The translations under genes and the position numbers were made by a program. Below are positions 1 to 12,943 of a DNA stretch of 64,000 nucleotides, piece after piece. Each line of letters begins with the position of its first letter. Within the stretch, counting starts at the first letter, position 1. Source of the stretch: Harriotta raleighana (lineage: Eukaryota); assembly GCA_050575255.1 (NCBI GenBank), contig JBNZDD010013718.1:4423644-4487643 (forward strand), given 5' to 3'. The notes beneath the pieces are model-generated. The model had not been told where the DNA came from. It ran no database searches and saw only the letters and a program-made list of their open reading frames with translations.

Positions 1-2072
1 GTGCAGGCCGCTGAATTTTTGAATGAAAGCTTTGCTTTCACAAGTTGCTGTCAGTTCTTTGCCTGGATATTAGGAGAAAGAAGCAAAATGACTTATTTTA
101 AATTCGAGCTTGAAAGAAGAAAGGTCTGGCATTACTGCCTGGCCCTCCTAAAAAAGTGCCTCAAAATAATTTTTCACAGAGGAGTTCACAACTGAACAAA
201 GATCCATGTTGCTCTATGTCTTTAAAAAGATGAAAAGTGAAAGGGCGAAACACAAAACAACTCCAAACAATTTGATAATGGTGGCCATGTGGATACCCAG
301 ATTGGTGGCTTATTAGTGGAGAATTACCTTATTACAGTACATACCCTTTTATTTAGTTCTTAGTCTACAGTAAATACATTTACTAACCAATGAACACTAC
401 CTTAAATATCTTTGGTTTGCTCACTTTGTGTGCCCTTTGAGAGAGGCATTGCATTGAAATATCCCATTACATCACAGATGGAAAATATTGAATCATTTAC
501 AATAATCGCAACTGAATGGAACCAAAGGATAGGACACAAGTATAAAAGTCTCAGCATTATTAAATATTATTGAATACAATGGTACACTTCCCAATCCCAT
601 CAGTATCTCACATCACTGTCAAATTGCGGACTTGTTTAGCTTGTTTGTTTCTGGCATAATAAAGAGTTGCAGATCACTTGGCCAGGAGTACTTCCATAAA
701 GTACCACAATTATAATAATTATTCTGGGTTGTAGTTTCATATCTGACCACATTTCGAAGACATTTCTCAAAGGTCAAAATGATCAAGAGTTTACACAGAA
801 TCTTTGGCATGAAAAGAACCAATTTTCAATGGAGCCTGTGATGCTTCACTACCATTTAGTGGTTTCCATAAACTCAAATTTTAATCAGAGTATTTTCGTG
901 AAAAGTATAAAACCCTTTGGTGAAGAAAATGACCCTGAGGGTACCAAAGTTTCCAGTCAAAATAAACAAATTCCTTTCATTGATGTCACCTCAAGAGCTA
1001 AGCATAAAAAAAGGCATGAGCTAACCTGGAACAATAATTAACAGCTGCAGAGATGTTATCAATTCAAAATCTAATTTCAGAAGCTTTTTTTTCCAGTTGA
1101 AATCTTTCTTTTTAACTCTCTAGTGGCCTGTAAGATCATTTTGCCTTAAAATTTAAAATCTAAAATTTAAATTAGTGCAGAGATTTTTGGAAAATCCTTA
1201 AATTCATTCAATTATTTATCCAGAATTGTGGTGGTGGGGGGGGGCCTGGGTGGTATCCTACATTCGGAATTCTGCCTTAATTTGGAAGGCAGTTCTTTTC
1301 AACAACCAAAGGAAACTGGCTTTAAAATCCAAGATATTTCTTTCTATAATTCTGCACAAGACTAAATGATGTTATAGACAAGGACTGAGTGGAATTTTAA
1401 GGTTCTTTTGTGAAACTTGAAACTTTCCAACCCTGGGAAAAATTGGTATTTACTCTATGTTTCAAATCAGAAACTCCTGAAGCAGGAGAGTGTGATGTAG
1501 ACTAAAAATAAACATTATCAAGAACAGAGCTAAGGTCTCTACACTGTGGAGGATTAGTTACAGTGAGCATTATTTCCCTCAATTTTTTGAAAAATCCATT
1601 ACCATAATTAAGACAGGCAGCAAGATCTAAGAAGAAATGCAACCTTCATGCTAATGGGAGTTGAGAAAATTATGAACTCTTTGAAATATGATAATGTAAT
1701 CAACATGGCCTGGCTGTTATGAACTATTTCCTCCAAAGACTGGAGTGCTCCTATCATATGAAAGGGCAAGTGTTTAGTTTTATAAACTATGTGAAAAAAA
1801 ACAACCTTCAACATTTTGGTAAATTAATTTATCTTTACTTTTGACAATGCAAATTTAAGAGATTATCCCATTACAAACTCACGGGATTAAGACTCATTCA
1901 CCTGCTCATCTCAGCAAATTAACTGATGATCAAAAAATTCCCCTTAATTAACTTAAATTTATTGGTGGGAGGGTGAGGGGGAAGTAAGCAATCTCTCATC
2001 TTAACACCATCCAGCTCTGACATAAAGCACAGTGATTTTGCTTGACACAGTTATACATCGAGGTACATTCCA

Positions 2073-2078
2073 TTTATT
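2073..2078 (-). terminator. candidate bnc1 polyadenylation signal AATAAA (alternative at 1958-1963)
   Basis: AATAAA on the minus strand about 1.2 kb past the stop, followed by TG-containing sequence. No transcript evidence. Confidence 0.35.
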
Positions 2079-3307
2079 TCCAATACTAGTGGCAGCCAAC
2101 TCTACGTTTGTAGGAAATACTTGTAAATGCCAGTTCCTGTCAATTACATTATTACATTTCAAGGAGGCCATAACTTAAAGAAAACTGTCTGTAGTGGTTT
2201 TGGACAAGCAGTTATCACAAAGCAAGACTCACAGAAACTTTCCTTTCAGCTCAACTATGATTAAATCTAGGGTTCCCTTTTAAAACAATTTGGTGCAGCA
2301 TGTTCACATGCATTAAGGTTTGAGGTTAGGGCAGTTCTTAATTGTGAGCTGCTGAACAATAAACTGATATTTGGCTTTAATCAACATAATTTTGCAATGT
2401 TTCGGGTAAAATTTGTTGCCAAGGATATCGTTTCCACGTTATTTACAGATTGTCAAATATATCTTTGGCAAGCTTTGATGTAACTGTGACCATTCTAAGA
2501 TAAGATACTTTTTCCATAACACAAAAGCAATTGGTTTGACATTCACAATGGCACAGAATAAGTTAAAAGCACCAAGAAAACGATCAGCAAACACATTACA
2601 TTCTTAATTTCAATATACTGTAGTTCACGAAACCTTACCATGACCTGAAGAAAAACATTTAGCTTTAGTTCACTCTGAACTTTTAACTTTGCATAAATGC
2701 ATCTATTCAGACTTGAGAAACAGCATCTCCCACAGAAAGGAGCACAATGAAATGGAGTGATCTTGTATTTTTTTTAAAAAAAACAGAATGTACATTGGAG
2801 GTTGCATTCACACTAACAGGATTTCAGGAACATAGTTTATATCAAATAGTACTGATTGGAATCGATTGAAGTCTTGAAGATGGAATGTCAAAAAATGGCC
2901 TAAGTGCATACGAAAACCCATCTTGATCAAGTGGGATGAGGTCTGGAAGCGAATATCAGAAGTGCTTTTTGATCGAGATGGACAAAACGACGAAGAAATT
3001 GCAATAAAGAATCTTTGTGTTATAAAAAAAATTCTAATTCATTACAAGAGGTTTATGGGGTCTGTGAAGAGCTACACTTCCTGTTTTTGGTTAAAGTATA
3101 AAACAGGGATGCTACAAATATTTTGGCTGCGTTTCACCACTTTCGAGAACTATAAACAGATTGATCGATATTCACTATGCGGCTGAAGAAAATTGTGATT
3201 GTTTTATAAAAGAATCTGCATCTATCATTGTAATAAATGCCAGATAGAAAATAATCGATAGCACGTTGGAAATCTACAATGTCAGGGGCAGGTGTGGCAG
3301 AGAATGC

Positions 3308-3977
3308 TCAGTGACTTTCGTTGGAGCTGCATACAAGAAGTTCTTTGTGCAAATTAGGGTTTTGACTGTGTCTGTTTCGACTTCGGACCGAAGAGAACAT
3401 TATATTGCAGCCAGACACCTTGCATTTATGGAGCTGCCGGAGATGTACGGTCTTGTAATGAGCTCTGAAGGTCCCTTTGTTACTGTACATCTTCTGACAG
3501 ATGTTGCACATAATCGGTGAGCCAGCAGAAGAGGATCGTATCAAGCAGTCAATCGGCTCATCAATTAGACTGGATATGTGATGCAGTTTGTCCTGCACTA
3601 TCAAATCTGAACTCTCAAAGCCTTCATCATCCTCCACAGGTACACCTTCCTCACTCCCAGCATCCGATTCCCATGTATGGGCACTGCTTCCAGACTTGAC
3701 GCTGGAGGTGGTGCTAAGATCCAATACAGTGCCATCGTCAATGCCATTGCCTCCGTGGACACTGTTGTATTGTTCCTGAGTTTGATTGAGAGAAAATACA
3801 AAGTGATCGCTTCTGCTCCTTCCTTTCAATAGCAATGCAGTCTGTCCGAGGTGACCTCTTAGCAAAATGTCTTCACAAAATTCTTTCGTTGCAGGGGTGG
3901 CGTTGGAGAAATTGCTCTGATTCTCATACGAGTCTTTGGTCAGAAGTTTGTGATGAAGATTGATGTTCGCACTGTGC
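3308..3977 (-). CDS. bnc1: basonuclin-1 last coding exon (end of finger 4, serine stripe, fingers 5-6, stop)
   Basis: CAG|G CAC AGT GCG AAC completes the R codon and gives HSANINLH. Then LDLSTTSS and CNICQKMYSNKGTFRAHYKTVHLRQLHKCKV; TGA at 3308-3310. 670 nt. Confidence 0.97.
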
Positions 3978-4095
3978 CTGGGGAGGTGATGGAAGCAGAC
4001 AGATCAAATAAATGAACCTGAATTTACAGAAATTAAGTTAAAATGCAAATAGTACAAACCTATCCTCTTGTTTTCACTGATTCGCTACTTAAATA

Positions 4096-4997
4096 CAGTA
4101 AAACCTCGAGAATCCGACACGGTTGGGCCCACGCACCTCCCTGATTTTGGAGTTTGCTGGTATTCAAAAACCTGCCTCGAGATGGCTGGGGAAGTGTCGC
4201 CCAATACACCACATGTTGTAATCACAGCACTGAAGCCCAAAAATTCCAGAGCTCCACCCACAGCGCCGGTTGACAGAGCAGCCAACCGAGCAGGAACTGT
4301 AAGCAGCTGTTCCGAACTTCGGCAGATTTGCTGGACATCGGAAAAACATCTAATACTGTTGTACAGTAAAACTCTGTTTATCCGTGACTCGATGAACTGG
4401 AAAAGCTATTCAACCGTCATCTCAAAAAAAAAAGTCCCAATTCGATGAACCGGAAGTTATCCGGCAAATAGTGATGACGCATTTAATGAATCAACTGTCG
4501 CACGCAAGTACTGTTCAGACATATCGATTGGCCGCTAGGCAATCTGAAAGTCGAGCTTCGAGTAACTTCCGCCATTGAAGAAGTTACCAACAGACAGTAC
4601 ACCCTCACCCCAGCATCATGGCTTCAAACGAGGCATCAACCAGCAAGTTTACAGTAATGTACTGCACCAATAAAATATTTTGTTATTTCAGATTCTGTTA
4701 TTACCGCATTTTGTCTGTTCTTTATATGGTACAGTTTACAATAAAGTATCCATACAATATTCTGTTATTATCTGTTATTATTGAGCTATTATTAACATGG
4801 TTCTTTGTTAAACAAAGTTTTTTTTTTATGCATGTGTTTTTGTCGTCGGGTGGAACCGTTCAACCGGAAAACCCATTCAACCGCCATTGACCAGGTCCTG
4901 TGGGTGCCGGATAAACGGGGTTTTACTGTATTTTGAAATCTTACTGGTTTTAGAGATTTCCCGGTTTTTGGAATGTCAGATTATCGAGGTCTCACTG
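4096..4997. mobile_element. Tigger/pogo-like non-autonomous DNA transposon (outer element)
   Basis: TA|CAGTAAAACCTCGAGAATCCGACA ... TGTCAGATTATCGAGGTCTCACTG|TA: imperfect 24-bp TIRs with TA on both sides. Confidence 0.8.
4364..4928. mobile_element. Tigger/pogo-like MITE nested inside the 4096-4997 element
   Basis: TA|CAGTAAAACTCTGTTTATCCG ... CGGATAAACGGGGTTTTACTG|TA: 21-bp TIRs with 2 mismatches and a TA target-site duplication. Confidence 0.85.
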
Positions 4998-5049
4998 TAC
5001 CTTGTTCTACTAAAACGCCAGCCACCCACTGGTACCTTACCCAAGTGGG

Positions 5050-5440
5050 TGCTTTTCATGTGCAAGTCAGTGTTGAGCTATTTGAAGGGCATCAAAAGTG
5101 CTTCACAGGATTTACTGTAAAGTGCATCAACTGCACATTTGGCTGCCAACATGCACACCACAACGTCCCACAATCAGTCATGAATCGAATGTCCAATTTA
5201 ATCTCTTGGATTGTTGGCCAGGAGACCGGAGAACATTCCTTCTTTTTTTCCAAGTGGTTATGCCTGATGATGAGTTTCCATATGTGTCAGCTAACCAAAA
5301 AAACCTATGGGATTTTTAATGTCCACCTGAACAGGCAGATGGGAACTTCGGTTTAATCCAAAGGAGAGCAATGCAGCGCTCTTTCCATTGCCATATTGGA
5401 GAGTCAGGCAAGACATTAACCCACAACCTTTCAACTCCAC
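5050..5440 (-). mobile_element. degenerate Deu-domain SINE
   Basis: Contains TTGTTGGCCAGGAGACCGGAGAAC and ATGGGATTTTTAATGTCCACCTGAACAGGCAGATGGGAACTTCGGTTTAA, resembling the reverse complement of the Deu core (AmnSINE1/SacSINE1 type). Tail is shared with other copies in the window. Ends approximate. Confidence 0.65.
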
Positions 5441-6124
5441 ATATGCAGTTCCAAAAAGGGTCACTAAACCTTAACTAGAAGTGTAACCCTTGACATGTTC
5501 CTCTTGCCTCTCCTCCAGGAATGCTAAGTTTGTTTGTAAACAATCCCACCACTTTATTCAACTGAGAGTACTTTACACAGCACACATTGAGTGATTGAAT
5601 CTATAACATCCCAGTATCTATGGCTCAGCATCACACATTAAACCGGAAATATGATGTTTACAAACTTTCTTTCAGAAAAAAGTTCCACTGATACAATCTC
5701 CACCTGGAGATATTGTTTTCCGAATTTGTCTTTATGAATACTTATCTCTTGTGTTGACTATGTACATATGAAAAAAAGGAGAAACCCTTAAGAACCCTTA
5801 AAAAAAACCTGAACTATTCAAATTTCATCTGCTGCCTATTCTCACTGCATCAAACAGCTCAAGGTTCAGCTTCTTCGAAGCCAATGAAGGTGGTGAAGCC
5901 AAAATTCCAATAGGATTGTCTCAGACACAAGTTACGTTTTTGTACCTGCTCCAAGCACAAATAGTATTTGCCAAAGAAAAGTCCGGCCCAGTTTTTTTTA
6001 TATATACACGAAAACTCGCAATTCAAAAAGTGATTTAAGAATATATGAATGTGATTTGTGAGTCGGGTTTTTGAAAGTTTTTAAGGCAGTTTAGAAACAC
6101 AAAAAAAGCCAACATTTCACTGAC

Positions 6125-8073
6125 CTGTCTCTACTGCGCCGTGAAGGGAAAGCTGCGTTACAACCTTCAACTGTGCACATGTGCATCTCCTTCAGGTGCA
6201 CATTTTTGTAATGTAATTTAACACTGTAAGAACTTTTAAACACCTTCTTGCAGACGTAGCAATAGTTAGGATTAGAAGTGCCCTGATTATCCCACATATT
6301 TGTGGCTGCCTGTGGGCAAATGCAGGCACTCACTGGCAAGCTAACTCTTTGATTCAGTAATAAACTGCCGAGGCCTCCATTTATCAGCCTCTGCTGCATT
6401 TCATTATAATTGGGATTATCAGCTTTGTTTGTAGAATGTTCCTCTTGCAACCAACCTTCTGATTTAGTTACCACTTTCCCGCCACTGTCCAATTCAGTCT
6501 CCCTTTGCTCATCCTCAATGGATGAAACTATTACAGTCTTTGCACAAGGATCTCCTTTTCCAATGCACTGCAGTCCATTCTCCAGCTTTCCATTCCCAGT
6601 ATCGGCTTGCACATTAGCAATTATTAAATCTTGCGGCTGCACCTTAAGACTCTGCTTTTCTCTGTCGAGCGAATACTCTAGGCTGCTTTCAATCTTTTCA
6701 GCGATACCTATTTCAAAATCATGTTTCAAACTCTTAAATTCAATCTCACTTCTAAGTTGCAGAGGTGTGTCATCGTCTGAGATGCTATTTACAGCGTCAT
6801 CTATTTCTTCCACAGTTTCTTTCTCGATTTTGACAGGCATGCTGGATTTACGGGATTTCTTTTTCGGTACGACATCGGTTGATGGTTCTGCAGCTGAAAG
6901 TTGTTCTCGGACCGAAGAGTGTACAAGAGGTAAGGAAGGAAGTGCACATGGAGTGATGGCAAGTTCAGCTGGTGTTACGAGGCTCCGATAGAAAGGCAGA
7001 ACTGGCTGCACAGTCTTCAAGTTTTGGAACAACATCCCACTGTGTCCAGCGTGACAGACATTGCTCTGAACATGATGTTGAAGATTTGATTCTGCACAAT
7101 TATTATCAAAACCCGTAAGAGGTCGTGTGTCTGTGCCAAGATAGTTATTGATGTCAAGCCTTTTGTCGTTTACTTGAATGACAGTGGGTGAAGATTCGCT
7201 TCTCAGGTCCTTGTCACGATTGTTTTTCATCATTGGCATGTGCAGTCTAGGATTAGGATTGGAGCTATGTCGATTACGACTTCGCAGGGAACTGAAGACC
7301 ATATTACAACCCTCAATTGTGCAGCGGTGTTTGATTTTCAGGTGAACGGCATTGTAATGAATCTTCAATGTGCCTTTATCATAGAAGGTTTTATCGCACG
7401 CGCTGCAATAAACACGCTCTTTCTTTGTTGCTGAATGATGCTTTTCCACAGGCTTCATGTTGGTGTGAGAGGGCAGATGTGTGACTTCAGACTCTCGATT
7501 TAGGATGACACCAACTGAAGGGGAAGCAACAGGGCTACATTCACTTCTACTATCGTTCTTCAACTCCTGAATGGTACCGTCTTGGGAACTCTTGCTGCTA
7601 TCGTCAGCACTCTGAAACGAAGCAGGACTGGTACATAAAAGATGACTCTTACTGGTAGGAATTTGAATGTCTGGTTTGGTTTCCTGTGGCCTATCCTCAG
7701 ATTGGTCAACAAGAAATCCATTGGGGGAGGCCCCTAACAGAGGCATGGGGATGGGATTAAAAAACTGAAAAGGTAACATAAAAGCCAGGTTATTCACAAT
7801 GTTCTCAAAGTGATGAATGTTGTTTGAGTTGACTTTTTCCACGTGAGTGGATAGGGCAGGGTTCCTTGTTTGGTTGCTGCTTTCGATAAATGCTCTGATA
7901 TCTGAATTTGATTTGGTTGATGAGATGACTATGGAGTGACCCTCTTTCTCCTGAATAGCCATAAGTTCAACAATGGATTTAGTTTCTCCAAAACGAAGGA
8001 ATTGGTGCAAAGAGACCATTTCTTCCTCATACGTCATTATCGTCCAACGATCAAGTACCTTCCCTGAGACATC
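6125..8073 (-). CDS. bnc1: basonuclin-1 coding exon 4 (zinc fingers 1-3, most of finger 4, NLS PKKKSRKSS)
   Basis: ORF 6091..8088. CAG|GAT acceptor (DVSGKVLDRW) and AG|GTCAGT donor, 1949 nt. Contains CSACDKTFYDKGTLKIHYNAVH, CTIEGCNMVFSSLRSRNRH and CYVCKKVFKSSYSVKLHYKNVH. Confidence 0.97.
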
Positions 8074-8299
8074 CTGCAACAGAAACATTTGGATGGATTA
8101 AAAGGCAACAGTAAATAATGCAAGGCTTTTCATTCACAATGATAAATCCCTCCCTGCACTCCAATTTACTCTAGTTTTTCTGCATGGTACGAAGGAATGC
8201 ATTATACAACTGACAACATTAAAATACATCTTGCACCTTAGCCCAATCCAGTTCATCCCTTGACCACCAACCAGCAACTCACAAGCCTGTCTGATACAT

Positions 8300-8400
8300 T
8301 TCTGACAAAGAACAAAATCCCCAGTATTAACCTCTCTTCTGTCTGACTTTCAGATCTTGGTTGACTTGCTATAGATTTCCAGCACTCACAAAATCTTCTT
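8300..8400 (+). mobile_element. very degenerate Penelope-like terminal fragment
   Basis: TTCTGACAAAG...ATTAAC...CAGATCTTGGTTGACTTGCTATAGATTTCCAGCA aligns loosely with 9915-10048 and 15866-16004. Confidence 0.4.
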
Positions 8401-9079
8401 GCGTCACCCAAACTCTCTTGCCTTAAAACGGACCCATTTTGTCAACGTTCATTGAGGCCACTAGATGGCATATTGTGCAGGAGGAAGATGAGGGAAGGAG
8501 GCAAATGCAGATTGTTAAACTCAATCTAATGAGTATGTTTATGCCTCTTTTTGATGTGGTATTGGGCCAGACGTTTTGCCCAAACTGTTTCATTTTCACA
8601 GCTGTGGGAAGTTGCATTGTGAGTAACTGCCTTGAACAGGAAAAAATGGTGCAAAATAAGAAAGGTATGTGGATGTTCAACCCCCAAGTTGCAAAATGCC
8701 ATTAATAGTTCAATACCACAACCCTCTACAGAACCATAACCTATAGAAGGGGAAAGCAAAGCTCTGAGTCTGCTGATTGAGATAAATGTACTTTTAAGAT
8801 CAACGTGTTTCGACTCTCTCCTTTCAAGATTCAGCCAGAACAACTTTGGATGATGTTCAAGATGCCATCTGTGGCTTTGACCCAAAATAAACTTGGGTGT
8901 ACATTGCCTGGGAACATATGATATTAGAATCTGCCTATTTCCAGGTTGTGCAGTGTCGGAAACAAATGTGGAACCCGCCTTACTTTCAATTCAGAGCATA
9001 CAAGAAAGAGTCCGCGTCCATCAAAATGGATATTTCTTATCGCCAGTAAAATGCCAATTAATCCGGTAAGAATGTCAAA

Positions 9080-9192
9080 GAATGATAGAATTTTACAGCA
9101 CAACGGGAGGCCATTCGGCCCATCGAGTCTGTGCTGGCTCTTTTATAAGAGCCAAACAAGGTCAATCGCACTCACCAGCTCTCTCCCCATAT
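9080..9192 (-). mobile_element. CR1-type LINE 3' end
   Basis: ATAGAATTTTACAGCAC...GGAGGCCATTCGGCCCATCGAGTCTGTGCTGGCTC is the reverse complement of a CR1-type 3' stem-loop plus ATTCTAT tail. Homologous to 14035-14207. Confidence 0.75.
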
Positions 9193-9530
9193 TTTGGAGA
9201 GATGGGAGTATTTTGCTACAATCTGACCTGCATATCTGACTGCCTGGAGAAACATGATTTCAACACTGACAAATATTCTTAATTTACAATTTACAACATG
9301 AAAAATGCCATCATCAAATAACTGACTTTGTTCAGTATCAATTCATCCATAACTAATCACCAGTAATGGGTTTTAAATAAACTAGTTTGCCTGTAGCAAA
9401 TTTCAACAGGAAATTAAATTGTATTTAAATTTGCTAGTTTATGTAAAACAAATATTAACCTAAAGACAGCCTAATAACTATTATGCTTTGTGAATTGTTT
9501 CAATGTGACTTTTTATTTTGCATCAATTAC

Positions 9531-9766
9531 CTGCAGTATATAACCACGAATGTAATCCTGGAGTGTCCAACCCAGTGAATGCAAGATCTGAAGTACCTCT
9601 TCCTGTTTAAGCACACTGAACAGACGATCCAGCAGAATTTTGAGGCGGATTGGAACAGCATGGGTACCATACAGCATTAAGCTACTAATGTCAAAAACCA
9701 CATTGGATTGAACTATCTCCACTTGACTGTGCTGATATAGGTGATGGACCCGTAGTTTATCCAGGG
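9531..9766 (-). CDS. bnc1: basonuclin-1 coding exon 3 ([34 protein letters not shown]...DYIRGYILQ)
   Basis: TTTTCAG| acceptor and CAG|GTAATT donor, 236 nt. Highly conserved basonuclin segment; overlaps ORF 9513..9722. Confidence 0.96.
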
Positions 9767-9914
9767 CTGAAAATTAAATCAGCAAACAAACATTAGTATT
9801 AACATGGTTTCCTGAATTATGGGAAGGAGTGTTAAAAAATAACCATATATATATATAGTTGCAAAGTGTTTGGAAACAATGATGGGCTGAAATTCTGTAC
9901 AGCTAGATGCTTTT

Positions 9915-10048
9915 GGTATGACGAAGGGTCATGCACTCAAAATGTTGACTCACTTTGCCTTTCTCCATAGATGCTGTCTGAACTGCTGAGTGTTCCCAGC
10001 GATTTCTGTTTTTGTTTCAGACTTCCAGCATATGCAGTATTTTGCATT
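9915..10048 (+). mobile_element. Penelope-like element terminal fragment with decayed hammerhead core
   Basis: TGACGAAGGGTCATGCACTCAAAATGTTGACTC followed by CTCCATAGATGCTGTCTGAACTGCTGAGTGTTCCCAGC...GCAGTATTTTGC. Aligns with 15866-16000. Confidence 0.7.
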
Positions 10049-10838
10049 ATGCCTTTGGTATTCTTGGCTGCTAATAGGATTTCCCCATTACAATCGCTCA
10101 TCTCAAAAGGCACAACATGTAACTTTGACTGAAATTTCAGCCCATATGTTTTGCAAACAAACTTTAAATACAATCACATGATCAGCTTGTTGCCTCATGA
10201 TTTTACTTAAGATGCAGATGAATATTAGTCTAGGTAAACTTCTACATTAAACTCCTGTTAAGTTGGCCCTGGCTTAACTTGTCACTACCACTTAAGTCAT
10301 CACATCAGTATCTCAGAATATTTATTTATGTATTTATTCATATGCTTAAATTGTCTCTTCTGATAACTCATCACTTCGCCTTTTTCCCTTGGTACAACAA
10401 CTTATTAGGAGTTTACTTGCATTTACATCACATCACAGCAACCATTGGGACAGATCAATATGAACTCTGGATGACCCACAGTAAAAGGTCTACCAAGACC
10501 ATATTCTCTCATGTTGCTCTCACCGACTTGCTGCTGACTGCTAATCCTAATGGACAAATCATGATCCGGATTGTGATCAGTCTGGGCCTGTTTAGATTAG
10601 TGACTCTGTACTGTGCTTTACTGTAAAATAATACAGGCAAAATGCCATTTTTTTTCCTGTAACCCTTTATTGAAAGCGGGCCCTAAAAAACAAATGCTAC
10701 AGACTGATATTCTGAGTGTCAAGATCAGCTCTGTACAGTCACATCCGAAGGTAGACATGCCAAAGACCACCAATAGCAAAACATACAAACAACAGAAAGA
10801 CAGTAATTAGATGCACTCGATTCAAGTGCTTTACTTAC

Positions 10839-10941
10839 CGTGTACCACCCACCCATGTTTACACTGGTCACATTGACGCAGGTTGATCTTCCCTGGTTGA
10901 AAACACTCACAGTTGCAGTTCACCAGTGTGCAGCGAATAGC
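10839..10941 (-). CDS. bnc1: basonuclin-1 coding exon 2 ([34 protein letters not shown])
   Basis: TTTACAG| acceptor and G|GTAAGT donor. 103 nt encoding the Cys-rich basonuclin N-terminal motif; ends in phase 1. Not in the ORF track, translated by hand. Confidence 0.93.
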
Positions 10942-12943
10942 CTGTAAATAGAAAAAAAAATACAATGTGCCAGGAGTGTTAATTCCTCATCAAACACTTG
11001 TAACACAACTTGCAAGTTACCAGAAAATAAAGGCCTGCAAAAAGCACACTCGCATAGAACTCCGCTGTATAAAATTACATGACAACATTTTAGAAATCAA
11101 AATTTAAACAATGAAAGTTCCACTTGTTTAACTGCTTGCCAAAATTCTTTATAATTTCCCTAAATTGAAGCTGCCCGAGCTGCCTTGATTCAAATTCAAG
11201 GCCCAGTGACCTTTAATTAGGAATTACCATATAAAAACAATCCCTTATTCAATACCGATTGTTAAAATCATTCATCACTTTGTACAAATACTTTTGTAGT
11301 TTGTGGCACATGGGTAAACCATGCACATATTCAGTCTCTTATTACAAGTAAATATTCCAGGTTTTATGTAGCGAAGAGTTGGACACAGTATTGCACTGGA
11401 ATCTCACAGTGAAAAATCAGTACTTTGGCAGACAGTGCGACTAGCAGTTGCCTCATCTCTCTTTCAACTGCTCCTCAGTTCTGCATGCTATTTTGGACTT
11501 GAACTAATGCAATCCCTCACAACACATTTTAAGCAATCACAATTTCTTTCAAAACACAACCCACGAACATCATTTCCAGGATTAGATATGAATTTAATCC
11601 TTACAATTTAGGAGCAAGCAAATGCACTTTAGCTGCTAATAGAGTGACTCTCATTAAAGATTAATTATTAAAATCCTTTCCTGCCGACTCGCCAACACCT
11701 GAAAGATACTTAATTTTCATTTGCAAGAATAAAACTGTGTGACTGAGCTTCTAAAAATGACTAAAGTTCTCATTGTTGTTAGGTCCACAATCAGTCTGCA
11801 GAAATTAATATAATACCATTACACAGAGGACCTTTTGTTAATTCTAAAGCATATTAGTATTTATAGTAAAACATCCAGGCTATTATTTTAAGTGCTAAAG
11901 CCGAAGTTGGTTTGTGTAGATTTTAATCATGGCTATCTGGTTTTAAACAATAAACGATTTGCCTGAGTCGGTGTTAATAGCATTGAATGATCCACGAGTT
12001 CATGTAGATAACATGAAGATTTGTGCATTGATTTTGCTGTTTGTTCCCTGTAGCTTATGAAGCTGATATTCAGCTACATGTTTTATTTTCCCATTGAAGA
12101 TACAGTACTTCTGTGCAGTGAACAAAAAGCAAGAATCACTAGGGACACTCACTCCTACGTTTGATTCAAATCTGTGTTCCACACCAGCAACTGTATATTG
12201 ATATCTCCAAGGGCTGAAGATTTTTCTGCAGCTATCTAAACAAATACAATGCTGTTTAAACCCATTCAATTCCCCTACCATTCTCATTTCATCAATTATT
12301 TTATACACCGCGCTTAAAGGGCTTGAATTTAGAGACTTAGAACATTTGTTTTAACTCAGTTTTCTAGTGATTGCAAAGTCAAAGAATTAAGATTCATGCA
12401 TCATCTGTGATGCCAATGCCATTCACAATATATAATGTCCACAGTCTAGAAGTACTAGAAGACTTTAAAAAAAGATTGGCTATATTTACAGCCACAGAAA
12501 GTCTGAAAAACACTTGCCTATTGATACTGATGACATTGTATTTTTCAACAAAATGGTAATGTAACCTAGATCACCATTGTATCATTTGGTAAACACTAAC
12601 TTTTAATTTGTACCTAACCTGAAGAAATCATACAAAAAAGTAACTAACAGAAGAAAGCTTGGAGGAATTCACGTTTTTACTTAACGTGCAGATTCTCTCA
12701 TTATTTTGCCATGAAATTTGAAACAGATGTCCAGGACTGTAATACTTATGGAGGATGTTATTTCACAAAGCAATGTTTAAACAGATCTTCAAGGCAAAAA
12801 GAAACTCCACAGCACATTGATTCATGAAACATATGGGCAGGACCTTGGTTACTTCTCGAATGCATGGCTAAAAAGCAACTGAACACAAATAAGCATGATA
12901 CCGATATAATTTAAGCTCCAATACATATTGCGGAGTAAACTGG

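Noticed and set aside
6091-6124. ORF read-through past exon 4 (SVKCWLFLCF*) as the true C-terminus
   Set aside because: A good donor at 6124 joins in phase to the last exon and completes finger 4; the extension is intronic.
6410-6991. 193-aa plus-strand ORF
   Set aside because: Antisense shadow of bnc1 exon 4 with no recognisable domain.
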